Shown piece by piece: positions 38,155 to 51,388 of a stretch of 64,000 nucleotides of DNA (positions within the stretch are counted from its first letter, which is position 1; each line of letters starts with the position of its first letter). Source of the stretch: Octopus sinensis (taxonomy: Eukaryota). A program made the translations under genes and the position numbers. The DNA lies in assembly GCF_006345805.1 (NCBI RefSeq), contig NC_042999.1:152892001-152956000 (forward strand). The letters are read 5' to 3'. The notes beneath the pieces were generated by a model, which saw nothing but the letters and a program-made list of their open reading frames with translations, had not been told where the DNA came from and ran no database searches.

Positions 38155-38740
38155 GACTGCCTTGTTTTAGTTTGCCACTACCAAATCCACTGACAAGGCC
38201 TTGGTTGGCTGGAGGCTATAATAGAAGATACTTGCCAAAGATCCCGCGCAGTGGGGCTGAACTCGGAACCATGTGGTTGGTAAACACACACACACACACC
38301 TATGTAAAAAGAAAAACAACAATATATTGTATTTCGTAGAAATGTAATCAATTTATTATCTTTTATCTTTTACTCGTTTCGGTTATTTGTTGTTAGACTG
38401 CGGCCATACTGGAGCACCGCATTGAGGAATTTTAGTCGAGCGAATTGATTTCAGGACTTCTTTTTAAGACTTGTACTTATTCTATCGGGTTCTTTTGCTG
38501 AATCGCTAACTAACGGGATCATAAGCACATCATCGTTGTTTGCCAATCGGTGGTGGGGAACACACATACACATATACATACACAAACACACATACACACA
38601 TTCACACACGCACGCACGCAAACACACACACACATATATGACGGACTTCTTTCAGTTTCCCTCTACCAAATCTACTCACGAGGCTATAGTAGAACACATT
38701 TGCCCAAGGTCCAACGCATGTGGGATTGAAGCCAGAACCA
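37940..38740 (-). mobile_element. Two adjacent SINE-A copies
   Basis: About 37940-38283 and 38355-38735. Confidence 0.75.
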
Positions 38741-38959
38741 GAGCCGTTACAGTCTTGTATTGATTAGAATGCTACGCAGTATCTGCTGGTTCTATTCAGT
38801 TTTAGTTCGAATGCAACTTTCGTCAAATTTGTCTTCCATCATACAAAAAGGCACTAATACAGAGTTTTGGATTGGTAGAAGCGAAATGCCTTCTTCTGTC
38901 TGTTCTGGTCCCTTGAGTTCTGACAGTAACCCCTGTGACGAAACTTGTGCTTTGTAGCA

Positions 38960-39330
38960 TCGGCTTCAAACATACAGACCATCATCCTAGATTAGTTGGC
39001 TTATCCCATATAGAAATTTATGGCTTATCGTTTGATGAAATTTGAGCAGGTTTCGCTTGAAGGTGATGGGATCTTTGTCTTCTTTGATTTGTTTTGAGAC
39101 AATGTTAAACAGAAACAGGGTCTGTTGAGGAAAAGAAATTGTGTTTCAATAAATTTATGTGTTATGATCTTTAATTGTGTAGGGGCCATATAGCACGTGG
39201 CCCCAGCCTTGGATGACATTCTGGATCTGATGTTAAGGTCGTTTGGGCAATGCTGGTGACATATTCTCGACATTGTGCAAATGATGTAGAGCTCACGACG
39301 GCGCTGAAGAGGACAAAGATTCAGTGATTC
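38960..39330 (-). mobile_element. Decayed CR1/L2-type LINE 3' fragment
   Basis: LQRRRELYIICTMSRICHQHCPND..LFNIVSKQIKEDKDPITFKRNLLKF across frameshifts. Confidence 0.65.
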
Positions 39331-39427
39331 TTTATACAGGCACACACACACATACACACACATACACAAGCATTTATATATACATGCACGAATACACACT
39401 CGTGCATATATGTGTGAATATAAAGAG

Positions 39428-39662
39428 AAAAGGCGGCGAGCTGGCAGAATCGTTAGCACGCCGGGCGAAATGCTTAGCGGTATTTCGTCTGCCGTTACGT
39501 TCTGAGTTCAAATTCCGCCGAGGTCGACTTTGCCTTTCATCCTTTCAGGGTCGATAAATAAAGTACCAGTTTCGCACTGGAGTCGATGTAATCGACTTAA
39601 TCCCTTTATCTGTCCTTGTTTGTCCCCTCTATGTTTGGCCCCTTGTGGATAGTAAAGAAATG
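39428..39662 (+). mobile_element. SINE-B (tRNA-like head, GCCTTTCATCCTTTC-GGGTCGATAAA core), tail type i
   Basis: B box GAGTTCAAATTCC; tail CCCCTTGTGGATAGTAAAGAAAT; core resembles the MetaSINE domain from memory (unchecked). Confidence 0.85.
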
Positions 39663-39944
39663 CATATTTAGATATCCAGAGATCAAGATATAGGATATAC
39701 AGACAAGGGTTGTGTGTGCATGTATATTAGTTTAATACTTTTTTTAAAAAATTAAGTCTTTTCTAATTTCATGTATTTTATTTCAGAGTAAGGAGAAGGT
39801 CAGTTTGACATAGACCAGTCAATCTGGAATTTAATACCGCTAAATCTGTTTGAACTTAAAAATATGAGAAAATATAAACTTTAGAGTAATGGATTTGGAA
39901 TTGAAAATTAAAACCGTGTCCTATATGTATGTAATTATATAGGC

Positions 39945-40005
<61 letters not shown>

Positions 40006-40120
40006 GTGTGTGTGTGTACATATATAAATACATACATATATATATACAAATATACACAGAGACAAATATATTTATATGTATGTTTATATGCATTTACATA
40101 TGTATACAACTCTCTACTCT

Positions 40121-40175
<55 letters not shown>

Positions 40176-40726
40176 TAGATTAGATATAGATAGAGGATAG
40201 AAGTCTGGAAGACGTGTTCTTGACTGTCTCCTTTCAAAGCTTGATTTACGCGTTCGCCACCACAACCTCATTTAGGCTTAGCAGCCCTTCCTGTTTGTTT
40301 TCACTGTCCTGTTTGTGTAACCTATTTTGGTACACCACAAAATCCCAAACTTGATTTAATTTACTTTACGGATGCAACTGTTTTATCGAAAGCGCATATT
40401 GTTGTTAAATGCTCGAAATACGAGACTAGCCAACAACTGATGAAGGGTCGTTCTTTATATTTGTTTTCCATTTGTATCTTTCGTTGTTCGAAAGAATAGT
40501 TCATGTTCCATGTACTGGTGCTTCGTACTTTTTTGTTGTACACGTTTCATGACGTCCTGTGCCCACTTGTGCATATATATATACGTATCGATGTAAATAT
40601 GTACATATACCTACGTACAATGCATATATATATATTAATTATATTATTATTTGATTGAACGCCACGCATCCTCTTCAAGTAAGTTTTTATCTTAATAATT
40701 CTGATGCGCACTCTATACGATCTTTT

Positions 40727-40800
40727 TACCCATCTAAGTACTAACTAGGCTCGACGTTGCTTAACTTCGGCGATCGGACGAGAATCGGTGCTTTCAACGT
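40727..40800 (-). pseudogene. Internal 5S rRNA fragment (about nt 17-90; box A, IE, box C region)
   Basis: Minus strand ACGTTGAAAGCACCGATTCTCGTCCGATCGCCGAAGTTAAGCAACGTCGAGCCTAGTTAGTACTTAGATGGGT matches metazoan 5S rRNA; both termini missing. Confidence 0.9.
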
Positions 40801-41087
40801 ACAAATTTAAAAGATGTCGTTTGAAAAAAAAGCTTAATGGACTGAATATCAAAGATCAGCGGAAACAAGACGATGGGGTATTTTTCGGTTATCTCACCCC
40901 CCATAAAAAGTTGGGATATCTGCCCCTGTTTTATGAAAAATATCGGTACTTTTGGTTATCTCCCTACCTACAGATATTGTTTAACCCTCAGTAAAACAAA
41001 ATAAAAATAAAAATTTAAAAATTCAATAAATATGAAAACTGAAAAAATTAAACATTTTATTGAATCTGATAATATTTTTATAACAAA

Positions 41088-41491
41088 CTAGCAGTATCGC
41101 CCGGCGTTGCTCGGGTTTGTAAGGGAAATAACTATATAAGCATTTTTAGATAGTTATAGCCAAAAAATAGCAAAAAAAATGCATTAAAAATGGAAAAAAC
41201 ATGATAGTAATTTTTTTTTTAATCGTTGACTCATCGTAGACATTTTTAGAGAGTTACTTCCCTTATATAATAAGCGAAAAAAAATGCATTAAAATGGAAA
41301 AAAATGATGGTAAATTATTTTTAAAATCGTAGACTCATCGTAGACGCGCGCTAAAACCCAGAAGGCCTCGATATGAATCACGACTATAAGATACCCGGTT
41401 TTGGTTAAACTGCACCGCGAAATGTGGGAGTAGTTAGGAATCTAAATCGAGGGAGACAGACAGCACACAACCTCACTTTTATATATAAAGA
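41088..41491 (-). mobile_element. Non-autonomous Helitron
   Basis: Minus strand starts TC, ends CTAG, lies between A and T; GC hairpin CCCGAGCAACGCCGGG just before CTAG; homologous to 48874-49259. Confidence 0.8.
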
Positions 41492-42053
41492 TTATACCAT
41501 GCCTATTGAGGAGGCCAAACGTCAACAATGTGTTGAAGTATTGAATCGAAAGGATCTAACACTTTTAGTCAACCTCTAGTCGCCACAAACTCAATTTTTT
41601 AGTGGTGAGGTAACCCAGTTTTTTAATAGTAATTTATTTTATTGAAGGTGAGATAATCAAAAAGTACCGACGATGGTAGTGAATTGCAGAGAGAAGTTTG
41701 AGAAAAGAAGTTATTTTGATAAAAGAACTTTCGACTAACATAAAATTTAACAGAGAAACGACGCGCTGCTGAAGAGTAGCGAGGGAAACGATTAAAAGTC
41801 TCGACTGCGGTTACAAGTCCAGAAAATCCATCAGAGCAATGTGTATGGGAATATAGAAAAGATATAACGAATATTCATTTCAGCGATGAGCCAAGGACTC
41901 CAACCGAGTAGAAAGAAGGGATCCCGTCATGTTAACAACCCGGTTCTGAATGCGATTAAGCCATTTAAAACATTCAAAGAGGTACCGGCCCACAGATGAC
42001 AGCAATATTCAATAAATCTCATTTACATAAATAACGCAGATTTTTGCAGCTGA

Positions 42054-42153
42054 NNNNNNNNNNNNNNNNNNNNNNNNNNNNNNNNNNNNNNNNNNNNNNN
42101 NNNNNNNNNNNNNNNNNNNNNNNNNNNNNNNNNNNNNNNNNNNNNNNNNNNNN
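42054..42153. other. Assembly gap (100 N)
   Basis: N run. Confidence 1.
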
Positions 42154-42254
42154 GATAAATTGGTTTGTACCAACTTGTATTTGAATTAAAGATCGTCTAC
42201 ACCGATATATTTTTTCTTTCCTTATATATATATATGTGTGTGTGTGTATATATC

Positions 42255-42285
<31 letters not shown>

Positions 42286-42652
42286 ATGTGTGTGTGTGTA
42301 TATATATATACTCAGATTTACACACACTTATACGTTCATGCAAGTCCTTAAATGTGTAATACAAGCATACATACAAATATGTAATATGTTTGTATGTATG
42401 TATGTATACATGCATACATACATACACACACACACATATTTATATATATATATATGTATAATAGTTTATTCTTATACTCTCCAAAAGTATAGTTAACCCA
42501 GCAGAGTCATGTAAATATGTTTTTATCATAACTGAACATTACAACAAACACTTACATTTGAGTGGCGCGTGTGTGTGTGCATTTGTGTATGTATACGTAT
42601 AAATATGTATATGTAATATATTATATATATTATATTTATATATATATAATAT

Positions 42653-42685
<33 letters not shown>

Positions 42686-42693
42686 TATATATA

Positions 42694-42741
<48 letters not shown>

Positions 42742-42803
42742 TACAAACGTACATACATACATTCCGGCTGCACCTCTCCTACCTATGGATTACTCTGGAC
42801 TCT

Positions 42804-43192
42804 AGTGGAGACGCAATGGCCCCAGTGGTTAGGGCAGCGGACTCGGGTCGTGGGATCGCGGTTTCGATTCCCAGAGATTGGGCGTTGTGAGTGTTTATTG
42901 AGCGGAAAACACCTAAAGCTCCACGAGGCTCCGGCAGGGGATGTGGGTGATCCCTGCTGTACTCTTTCACCACAACTTCCTCTCACTCTTACTTCCGTTT
43001 CTGTTGTACCGTATTTCAAAGGGCCGGCCTTGTCTCTCTCTGTGTCACGCTGAATATCCCCGAGAACTATGTTAAGGGTACACGTGTCTGTGGAGTGCTC
43101 AGCCACTTACACGTTAATTTCTCGAGCAGGCTGTTCCGTTGATTCAGATCAACCGGAACCCTCATCGTCATAACCGACGGGGTGCTTCCTAC
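42804..43192 (+). mobile_element. SINE-C (tRNA-derived, about 390 bp) with 13-bp TSD
   Basis: Head GGCCCAGTGGTTAGGGCAGCGG..GGTTTCGATTCC; TSD TACTCTGGACTCT at 42791-42803 and 43193-43205. Confidence 0.88.
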
Positions 43193-43369
43193 TACTCTGG
43201 ACTCTCCTCTTGATGAAAAATCCTTGCAATACACCATGACGTCTAAACTTTTGAACTGTATGCGAGAATGTGTGCGTGTGGATAGGGGCTGGTGACTTTG
43301 ACGTGTGTATGTATACGTGTGGATGTGTGTGCGTCTGTAATATGTGGTTCCTGGGGAATGATCAGTGTC

Positions 43370-43998
43370 CAAAGTTTTGGGGGAGGGGAAGCCAGTCGAT
43401 TAGATCGACCTCAGTACGCAACTGGTACTTAATTTATCGACCTTGAAAGGATGAAAGACAAAATCGACCGCGAAGGAATTTGAACTAAGTACATAAAGTC
43501 AGACGAAATACCTATTTCTTTACTACCCACAAGGGGCTAAACACAGAGAGGACGAACAAGGACAGGCAAGCAGATTAAGTCGATTACATCGACCCCAGTG
43601 TGTAACTGGTACTTAATTTATCGACCCCGAAATGATGAAAGGCAAAGTCGACCTCGGCGGAATTTGAACTAAGAACGTAACGGCAAACGAAATACGTCTA
43701 CGCATTTCGCTCGCGTGCTAATGTTTCTGCCAGTCGCAGCCTTCATAATTGTGTTATATTTACTTCTTTATTGCCCACAGGGGGCTAAACATAGAGGGGA
43801 CAAACAAGGACAGACAAACGGATTAAGTCGATTATATCGACCCCAATGCATTATTGGTCCTTATTTAATCGACCCCAAAAGGATGAAAGGCAAAGTTGAC
43901 CTCGGTGGAATTTGAACTCAGAACATAAAGACAGACGAAATTCCTCTAAGCATTTTTCCCGGCGTGCTAACGATTCAGCCAGCTCACCGCCTTCATAA
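43370..43998 (-). mobile_element. SINE-B dimer plus adjacent monomer
   Basis: Junction GACGAAATACCTATTTCTT at about 43502-43520; third unit 43760-43995. Confidence 0.85.
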
Positions 43999-44334
43999 TT
44001 ATAATATACTTCCACAGGTAACATATCTACACGGTACCGACGTGCCACTACCTAGCATAATACGGAGCATACAGGTGATACCTACTCGGCTTGTTTCGCA
44101 TCATAACTCTTCTGTAACATTGCACTATTTTCATGTTCTGCAAAACCACAGGATTCCCTGAAATTTATCGGGGGCTCCACGTTTTTAAAAATAATGTCGA
44201 AGGATTCCGCGACAAAAAAAAATTCCGAACCACTGATTTAGCGACTAAATGTTTTTAGGCGTACCGGAATCATGGCCCTGTACGAATTCATACGTGTTTG
44301 CTCTAAGTAAATATGAATAAGTTACTGGTTTCCT

Positions 44335-44690
44335 GGGTTTCAGTTATTAAATCGCGGCAATGCTGGAGCACTGCTTTGAAGAGTTTGAGTCGAAATAAAA
44401 GAACTCGACACTCTTGTGCATATTCTATCAATCTAGGTAGCTAAACCATTAAGTTACGTGGATGTAAACAGACCAGCACCGGTTGTCAAGCAATAGGGGA
44501 GGGCAAACACAAACACTGACACACACGCATATACGACGGTGGTTTCTCCCACAGTTTCCTTGTACGAAACTCACAAGTCATTGGTTACACCCCATCTATA
44601 GAAGAAGACATTTGCTCGTTTGCGCGCTCTGAGATAGAACCCAGAACGACGCGGTTGCAAAGCAAGCTTCTTAACCGCACTACCATGTTT
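44335..44690 (-). mobile_element. SINE-A, old diverged copy
   Basis: Diverged homology to the family. Confidence 0.65.
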
Positions 44691-44695
44691 GCTCC

Positions 44696-44926
44696 TTACT
44701 CTTTTACTCTTTTATTTGTTTCAGTCATTTGACTGCGGCCATGCTGGAGCACCGCCTTAGTCGAGCAAATCGACCCCGGGACTTATTCTTTGTAAGCCCA
44801 GTACTTATTCTATCGGTCTTTTTGCCGAACCGCTACTAGTGACGGGGACGTAAAACACCAGCATCGGTTGTCAGCAATGCTAGAGGGACAAACACAAAAT
44901 ACACACACACACAACACACACACACA

Positions 44927-44964
<38 letters not shown>

Positions 44965-45203
44965 ACACATATATAATATATATATATATATTATATATAT
45001 TATATCTATATACATATATACGACAGGCTTCTTTCAGTTTCCGTCTATCAAATCCCTCACAAGGCATTGGTCGGCCCGGGGCTATAGCAGAAGACACTTG
45101 CCCAAGATGCCACGCAGTGGGACTGAACCCGGAATCATGTGGCTGGTTAGCAAGCTACTTACCACACAGCCACTCCTGTGCCTATAGCCACTCCTGCGCC
45201 TAT
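44696..45203 (-). mobile_element. SINE-A, complete
   Basis: End-to-end homology; duplicated AGCCACTCCTG(T/C)GCCTAT at the head. Confidence 0.85.
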
Positions 45204-45761
45204 AGTAGAAATTCCAAATAATTTAGCCATCTGTCTTGTGTGTTTGTCTCTGTTAAAAGCCTTTCTGAATCTGGTTCTATTAATAAAACACAGGCTTGTT
45301 TGCCCCAGTGTCTCGACTGACTATTATGAAGTCTTGAAAGTATAAACGACTTAAGTTATCAATTTAACATTAAACAGCATAGTTTGTGGTGTGAAAGGAT
45401 GTAGTTATATGTTGGCGTGACTCCCACACTATACAAGCGAGGTTTGGCGAGATTTCAACGCAAACAAAACGTGTGATCACACATTTTTGCGGGGCGGGTG
45501 AAAGAAGAAATATAACATAAAATAAAGTAAGATAAAATGAAGAAAAAAATATCCATGAGTGATGTATCTTATAAATCGTCATAAACAAGGGAAACATAAC
45601 TGCAGCAATGTCACGTCGTAACTTGTGATCAGTTATAAGAAACAGACTATAAATAGGATGTCGTGTTCACGTAAAGCAGATATTTTGGGAAGGAGAGAGG
45701 GTGAGGGAGAAAGAGTGTTGTTTGATAGACATGTAAATATAATAATGAACAGTAAAATATC

Positions 45762-46103
45762 GTGGCACTCCGTCGGTTACCACGACGAGGGTTCCAGTTG
45801 TTAAATTAACGTGCAAGTGTCTGAGCACTCCACAGACACGTGTACTCTTGACGTAGTTCTCGGGGAAGATTCAGCGTGACACAGAGAGTGACAAGACTTG
45901 CCTTTTTGAAATACAGGAAGAAAGAGTGAGAGAAAGTTGTGGTGAAAAAGTACAGAAGGGTTCGTCACAACCTCCTGCCGGAGCCTCGTGGAACTTTAGG
46001 TGTTTTCTCTCAGTAAACACTCACAACGCCCGGTCTGGGAATCGAAACCGCGATCCTACGACTTCGAGTCCGCTGTCCTAACCACTGGGCCACTGCGCCT
46101 CCA
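45762..46103 (-). mobile_element. SINE-C
   Basis: Homology to 16655-17039; possible ACAGTAAA TSD. Confidence 0.82.
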
Positions 46104-46984
46104 CAGTAAATTATAAATCCTAGCAAACACGTATAGTTACTCGCTCCCACCAGCAGCAGTATTTACACTCACATTCAAACAGTTACTCTGTACTATAAGT
46201 GAGTGAGTGAGTGAGTGAGTGAGTGAGTGAGTGGTTGAGTGAGTGAGTCAGTCAATCAGCCACTCATTCGTTCGGTCGTTCGCTCAGTTTTTTTCACTCA
46301 TTCACGCAAACATATTCGCTCTTGCTCAGTTGCTCACTCGCTTGCATTTGAGTATTAAAACCAATATTAACCCCCAAAACTTGCTAGTCAAACAAAATAT
46401 ATGGGTGACATTAAAAAAATTTTTTAATAATTCCTGAAACCATTCTCCTCTATCTCTCTCTCCCTCACTCTTTCTCTTACACCTTTCTCTTTTTCTCCCT
46501 CTCTCGTTGCGCACGCTTGCACGCACACACACACACGCACACATGCGCACAGATCCATGTAAGAAGACAAAGAAAGTGTTTAGCATATCTTCAATGACCG
46601 CTTTCAATTGTTTCGACACCCATTTGTTTTGAACACCATTGCCTGTAAAAAGGCAAATACGACTCATCATTTCGCAAGGAGGTTTGGCGCACAAAGGCAT
46701 TAAAATCAGAGCGGAACCCAAACAAATGTAACCGGCCATGAAAGAGGAGTCAAACTCTTTCTTTGTCTTCTTATTCTGATTTATGTTTTACTCTTCCCTA
46801 GACTCGCACATTGGATTTAGCAGTGTGATGCTTGGATTTTCCATAACAGCAGAATTTCGATCTTCCTTCAAACACCAATTCAACAGTGTGGATAACCACA
46901 TGCTCGAGTTGAGTACTGCGGAGGGAATATTCCGCCTTTCTACTCTTTCAGGGTCGTACAATACATACATACATACATAAATAT

Positions 46985-47118
46985 TTATGTCTTCATCTAT
47001 CGAATCTACTCACATGGCTTTGGTCCGCCCGAGGCTATACTAGATTTGCCCAAGGTGCCACACAATGGAACTGAACACGGAACCATGAGGATGGGAAGCA
47101 AGTTTCTAACCACACAGC
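46985..47118 (-). mobile_element. SINE-A left half
   Basis: Head and CORE-like motif only. Confidence 0.65.
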
Positions 47119-47147
47119 CAAATCAGCGCATTACACACAACACACGC

Positions 47148-47203
<56 letters not shown>

Positions 47204-47227
47204 TTATATATGTATTATATTATATAT

Positions 47228-47277
<50 letters not shown>

Positions 47278-47328
47278 ATATACACAATATAAATACATAC
47301 ATACATATATATTATATATTATATATAT

Positions 47329-47362
<34 letters not shown>

Positions 47363-47774
47363 GAACGATGGTATTAGGAAAAAGTGTTCGTAAGTCCAAA
47401 CATGCTTTTTGAGAAAAAGGAAAAATAATTCACCATTCCATTTCTTTTTACATTAACAACAGTTTCAGCTTAACAATAATTCTTTGTTTGGTGCATAAAA
47501 TCGTAAATCTATGCACGTATGATATTTTCAGTCAGAAATATTTTTGCAAAACTGTCGTATGTGGGACTCGCTACACTTTTGAAAAATGCTAAACAGTTGT
47601 ACTACACTTTGACAATTTTCATATTTTGGCATCTGAAGCAAGTGGAGATACGATAGTTTAATCAAAAGAATCGGCTATTGCAAATAAAAATAAATATTGA
47701 AAACAGAAACGCATTTGACCAAATTTGGACATACGACAATTTAACATAACAGCAACGATATAAATATATATTCT

Positions 47775-47991
47775 TTTATTTTTTCAGTCATTTCACTGCG
47801 GCCATGATGGAGCACCGCCATTAGTGGAGCATATCGACCCCAGGACTTATTCTTTGTAAGCCTAATATTTATCCTATTGGTCTCTTTTGCCGAACCGCTA
47901 AGTTATGGGACGTAACAAAACAGCATCGTTGTCAAGCGATGTTGGGGACAAACATATACATGCACATACATACAAATATTATATACATATA

Positions 47992-48047
<56 letters not shown>

Positions 48048-48078
48048 TGTATAATATATATATATATATATATATTAT

Positions 48079-48126
<48 letters not shown>

Positions 48127-48293
48127 AATATATATATATAGGACGGGTTTCTTTCAGTTTCCGTCCACCAAATCCACGCCAAAGCTTTAGTCGGCTCGAA
48201 ACTATAGTAGAATACACTTGCCCAAAATGCACGCAGTGAGACTGAACCCGGATTATCTTAGTAAGCAAGCTACTTACCACACTGCCACTCCTA
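47775..48293 (-). mobile_element. SINE-A with expanded internal (TA)n
   Basis: Both halves present. Confidence 0.8.
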
Positions 48294-48552
48294 TATAATA
48301 ATATATATATATATAATAATATATATATATATATATATATTATGTTTGTGTGTGTGTGTGTATGTATGTATGTATATAAACAATAATAATAACCATAATA
48401 ATAATAATAATAATAATATGTTAAAAAGTGGGCATTAATAACCGACGAGAATGCATCGTAGCTCTTCGTTCCGACATCGAAACCCCGAGTACTATAATGA
48501 AACTTATTGATTGTCCTATTACACACACACACCACCACACCACACATCTTAT

Positions 48553-48587
<35 letters not shown>

Positions 48588-48627
48588 TATATAGATATGT
48601 ATATAGATATATAATATAGATGTGTGT

Positions 48628-48668
<41 letters not shown>

Positions 48669-48873
48669 CCTTGGGGCCCGGCCAGATGAGAGCAGTCTTG
48701 AAATTAACCGGCCGAAACTGCAGGGACGATCTGCTTCTCGACTGAAGATTGAAAGCTCTGAATGTCCCGTCGTTGTTTTTTTTGTGTCCTTTTTTTGTAT
48801 CACCCAGTGTCCGAATGTTTTGGTTGTCACCTGTTACGTTCTTGTTCCATTTTTAAAATCTTTTATATATACA

Positions 48874-49259
48874 CTAGCAGTATCGCCGGCGTTTGCTCGG
48901 GTTTGTAAGGGAAATAACTATATAGCATTTTAGAGATGTAAAGTATAAAGCCATCTCAATATGGCTAAACACAAAGGGGTGTTACTTTAGCTGTTTACTT
49001 TCTGAGATTTAATAATACATTTTTAGAGAGTTACTTCCCTTAATAATAGCAAAAAAACTGCATTAAAAAATGGGAAAATTTATGGTAATTTTTTTTTAAA
49101 TCGTAGACTCATCGTAGACGCGCGCTAATACCCGAAGGGTTCGATATGAATCACGACTATAAGACACCCGCTTTGGTACACTGCACCGCAAAATGTGGGA
49201 GTAGTTAGGAATCTAAATCGTAGGAGACAGACACGCAACTTCACTTTTATATATAAAGA
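48874..49259 (-). mobile_element. Non-autonomous Helitron, second copy
   Basis: Same TC...CTAG termini, A/T insertion site and internal sequence as 41088-41491. Confidence 0.8.
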
Positions 49260-49482
49260 TATACGGAGTACGTACACTTTTGGTCTCCTGTATGAACGTA
49301 CATACATATACATCTATATTTTTTACGACTCTTACTCTTTCTTTAGCCCCTTTCACACTTTCTTCGTTACTTCGACTTTTCCTTTTCTCGCCCCGACCCT
49401 CTCTAACATTTCTTGGCACCCCCTTCATTCTCATCACTTTCACTCCTCCTTTACCCCAGTCTGCCCCTTTCCTTTTTTGTCT

Positions 49483-49589
49483 CTCTTTATAGTGGAAGAC
49501 ACTTGCCTAACGAGCTACACAGTGGGACTGAACCCGGAGCCATGTAGTTGGTAAGCAAGCTACTTTCACACAGCCACTCCTGCGCCTAT
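49483..49589 (-). mobile_element. SINE-A head
   Basis: GTGGGACTGAACCCGG..CACAGCCACTCCTGCGCCTA on plus. Confidence 0.7.
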
Positions 49590-49839
49590 ATTTATATTTA
49601 TATACACATGTGTGTGTATATATACACGTATGTATAAGGGGATATAATTAAAAACCTACATACACTCATATATATACATGTACATAGTATGCGTCTATCT
49701 CTTTTATCTCTCTATCTATATTTCTCTCTCTCTCACTATATATATATGTATATATATATATCTATATATAATATATATATATATATTATATATATATATA
49801 TATATATATTCACACATGAAATACACATATGTATGATAT

Positions 49840-49878
<39 letters not shown>

Positions 49879-50103
49879 TGTACGTATGTATGTATGCATG
49901 TATGTATACACTCACACACACACAAAACTAGTTGTTATCAAGTTACTGCTGATGTGATCAGCTCCAATTTCTATGAGCCATCCTCGTTACCACTGCACAA
50001 ATTGATAAACGTATTTCATACTGTTATACAAGATATTTCCCAACTAAATTTCTTGATATGCACAAAAAAAATAAAGAGAGACAGACAGACAGAGAAAGAG
50101 AGG

Positions 50104-50145
<42 letters not shown>

Positions 50146-50648
50146 ATGATGATGATATCTTTGAGGAGAGATAAAAAAAATTCTGATAACGTTTTAAACA
50201 TTTCAATTATCAGTCGATAATTTGAATTTCCCAAGCTCCATACCAAGGTTTATAAGCTATAAGCTATCTTTTGACGATTTTATTTCTATCTATCGACTTT
50301 GGTCTGCTGTTAATACCGAAGAGAAGACGGCGGTCATTAATATATTAAAATTCAAAATCAATGGTTTCCATAGAAACACTGCAAGCAAGTTACATACTTT
50401 ACTAGAGTATAGATTTTGTAATATATCAGCTCAAAAACAGTTTCTTCGACATAGTTGCTGCTAAAATATCTAACACAATAACAACAACTGCGATACTATT
50501 ACCGCCAAAGATAGAGCTGTAAAATGTTTCATACGCGGCCAAATGCTATTACTATTCAGAGATATGGCGAAATCGGAACAAAATACATTGTCACGTATAC
50601 GTAATATATGACTATAAGAGGTTGTAGAATATCAGACACATAAATATG

Positions 50649-50725
<77 letters not shown>

Positions 50726-50743
50726 ATTATTATTATTATTAGA

Positions 50744-50798
<55 letters not shown>

Positions 50799-50838
50799 TA
50801 TCATTATTATTATTATTATTATCATTATTATTATCATT

Positions 50839-51168
50839 GAGTGAGAGAGCAGTTCATGCCATCAAAGTGACACTGGGGTAAAATATACGAAGCCCAATAT
50901 ACCCATCATGACTACCCGTCTGATAAAGGTACACCAGGCACATGCATCACAACCATACGTGCGCGACATGATGATCACATATCAAGATAAACAGCACATG
51001 ACCTTGCAGGTGGGGCCCAGTTAGAATTTTCTTGAGGTTGAGTAGCCCATCCCGCTCAAACGGTCCCTGAATAAGGGTTGTTTAAGGATGTTGAAAGAAC
51101 CATAAACAACCCTTATTCAGGGACCGTTTGAGCGGGATGGGCTACTCAACCTGAAGAAAATTCTAACT
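50839..51168 (-). mobile_element. Element D, 5'-truncated copy with fold-back inverted duplication
   Basis: 3' end retained; 66-bp arms 51019-51084 and 51103-51168 (65/66 match). Confidence 0.8.
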
Positions 51169-51206
51169 AATAGAATTCTAAAATTCTATTATTATTATTA
51201 TTATTA

Positions 51207-51241
<35 letters not shown>

Positions 51242-51316
51242 TATTATTATTATATTATTATTTATTATTATTATATCATTACTATTATTATTATTATTAT
51301 TTTATTATTATTATTA

Positions 51317-51352
<36 letters not shown>

Positions 51353-51388
51353 CACCATTATTATTATTTTATTATTATTATTATTATT

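Noticed and set aside
38908-38950. CTGACAGTAAC..GTGACGAAAC
   Set aside because: Core lacks G8, helix II has a mismatch and there is no helix III or I
44150-44236. Possible hAT/MITE end (..TTCCGAACCACTG)
   Set aside because: Only a 9-bp resemblance; no partner TIR or TSD identified
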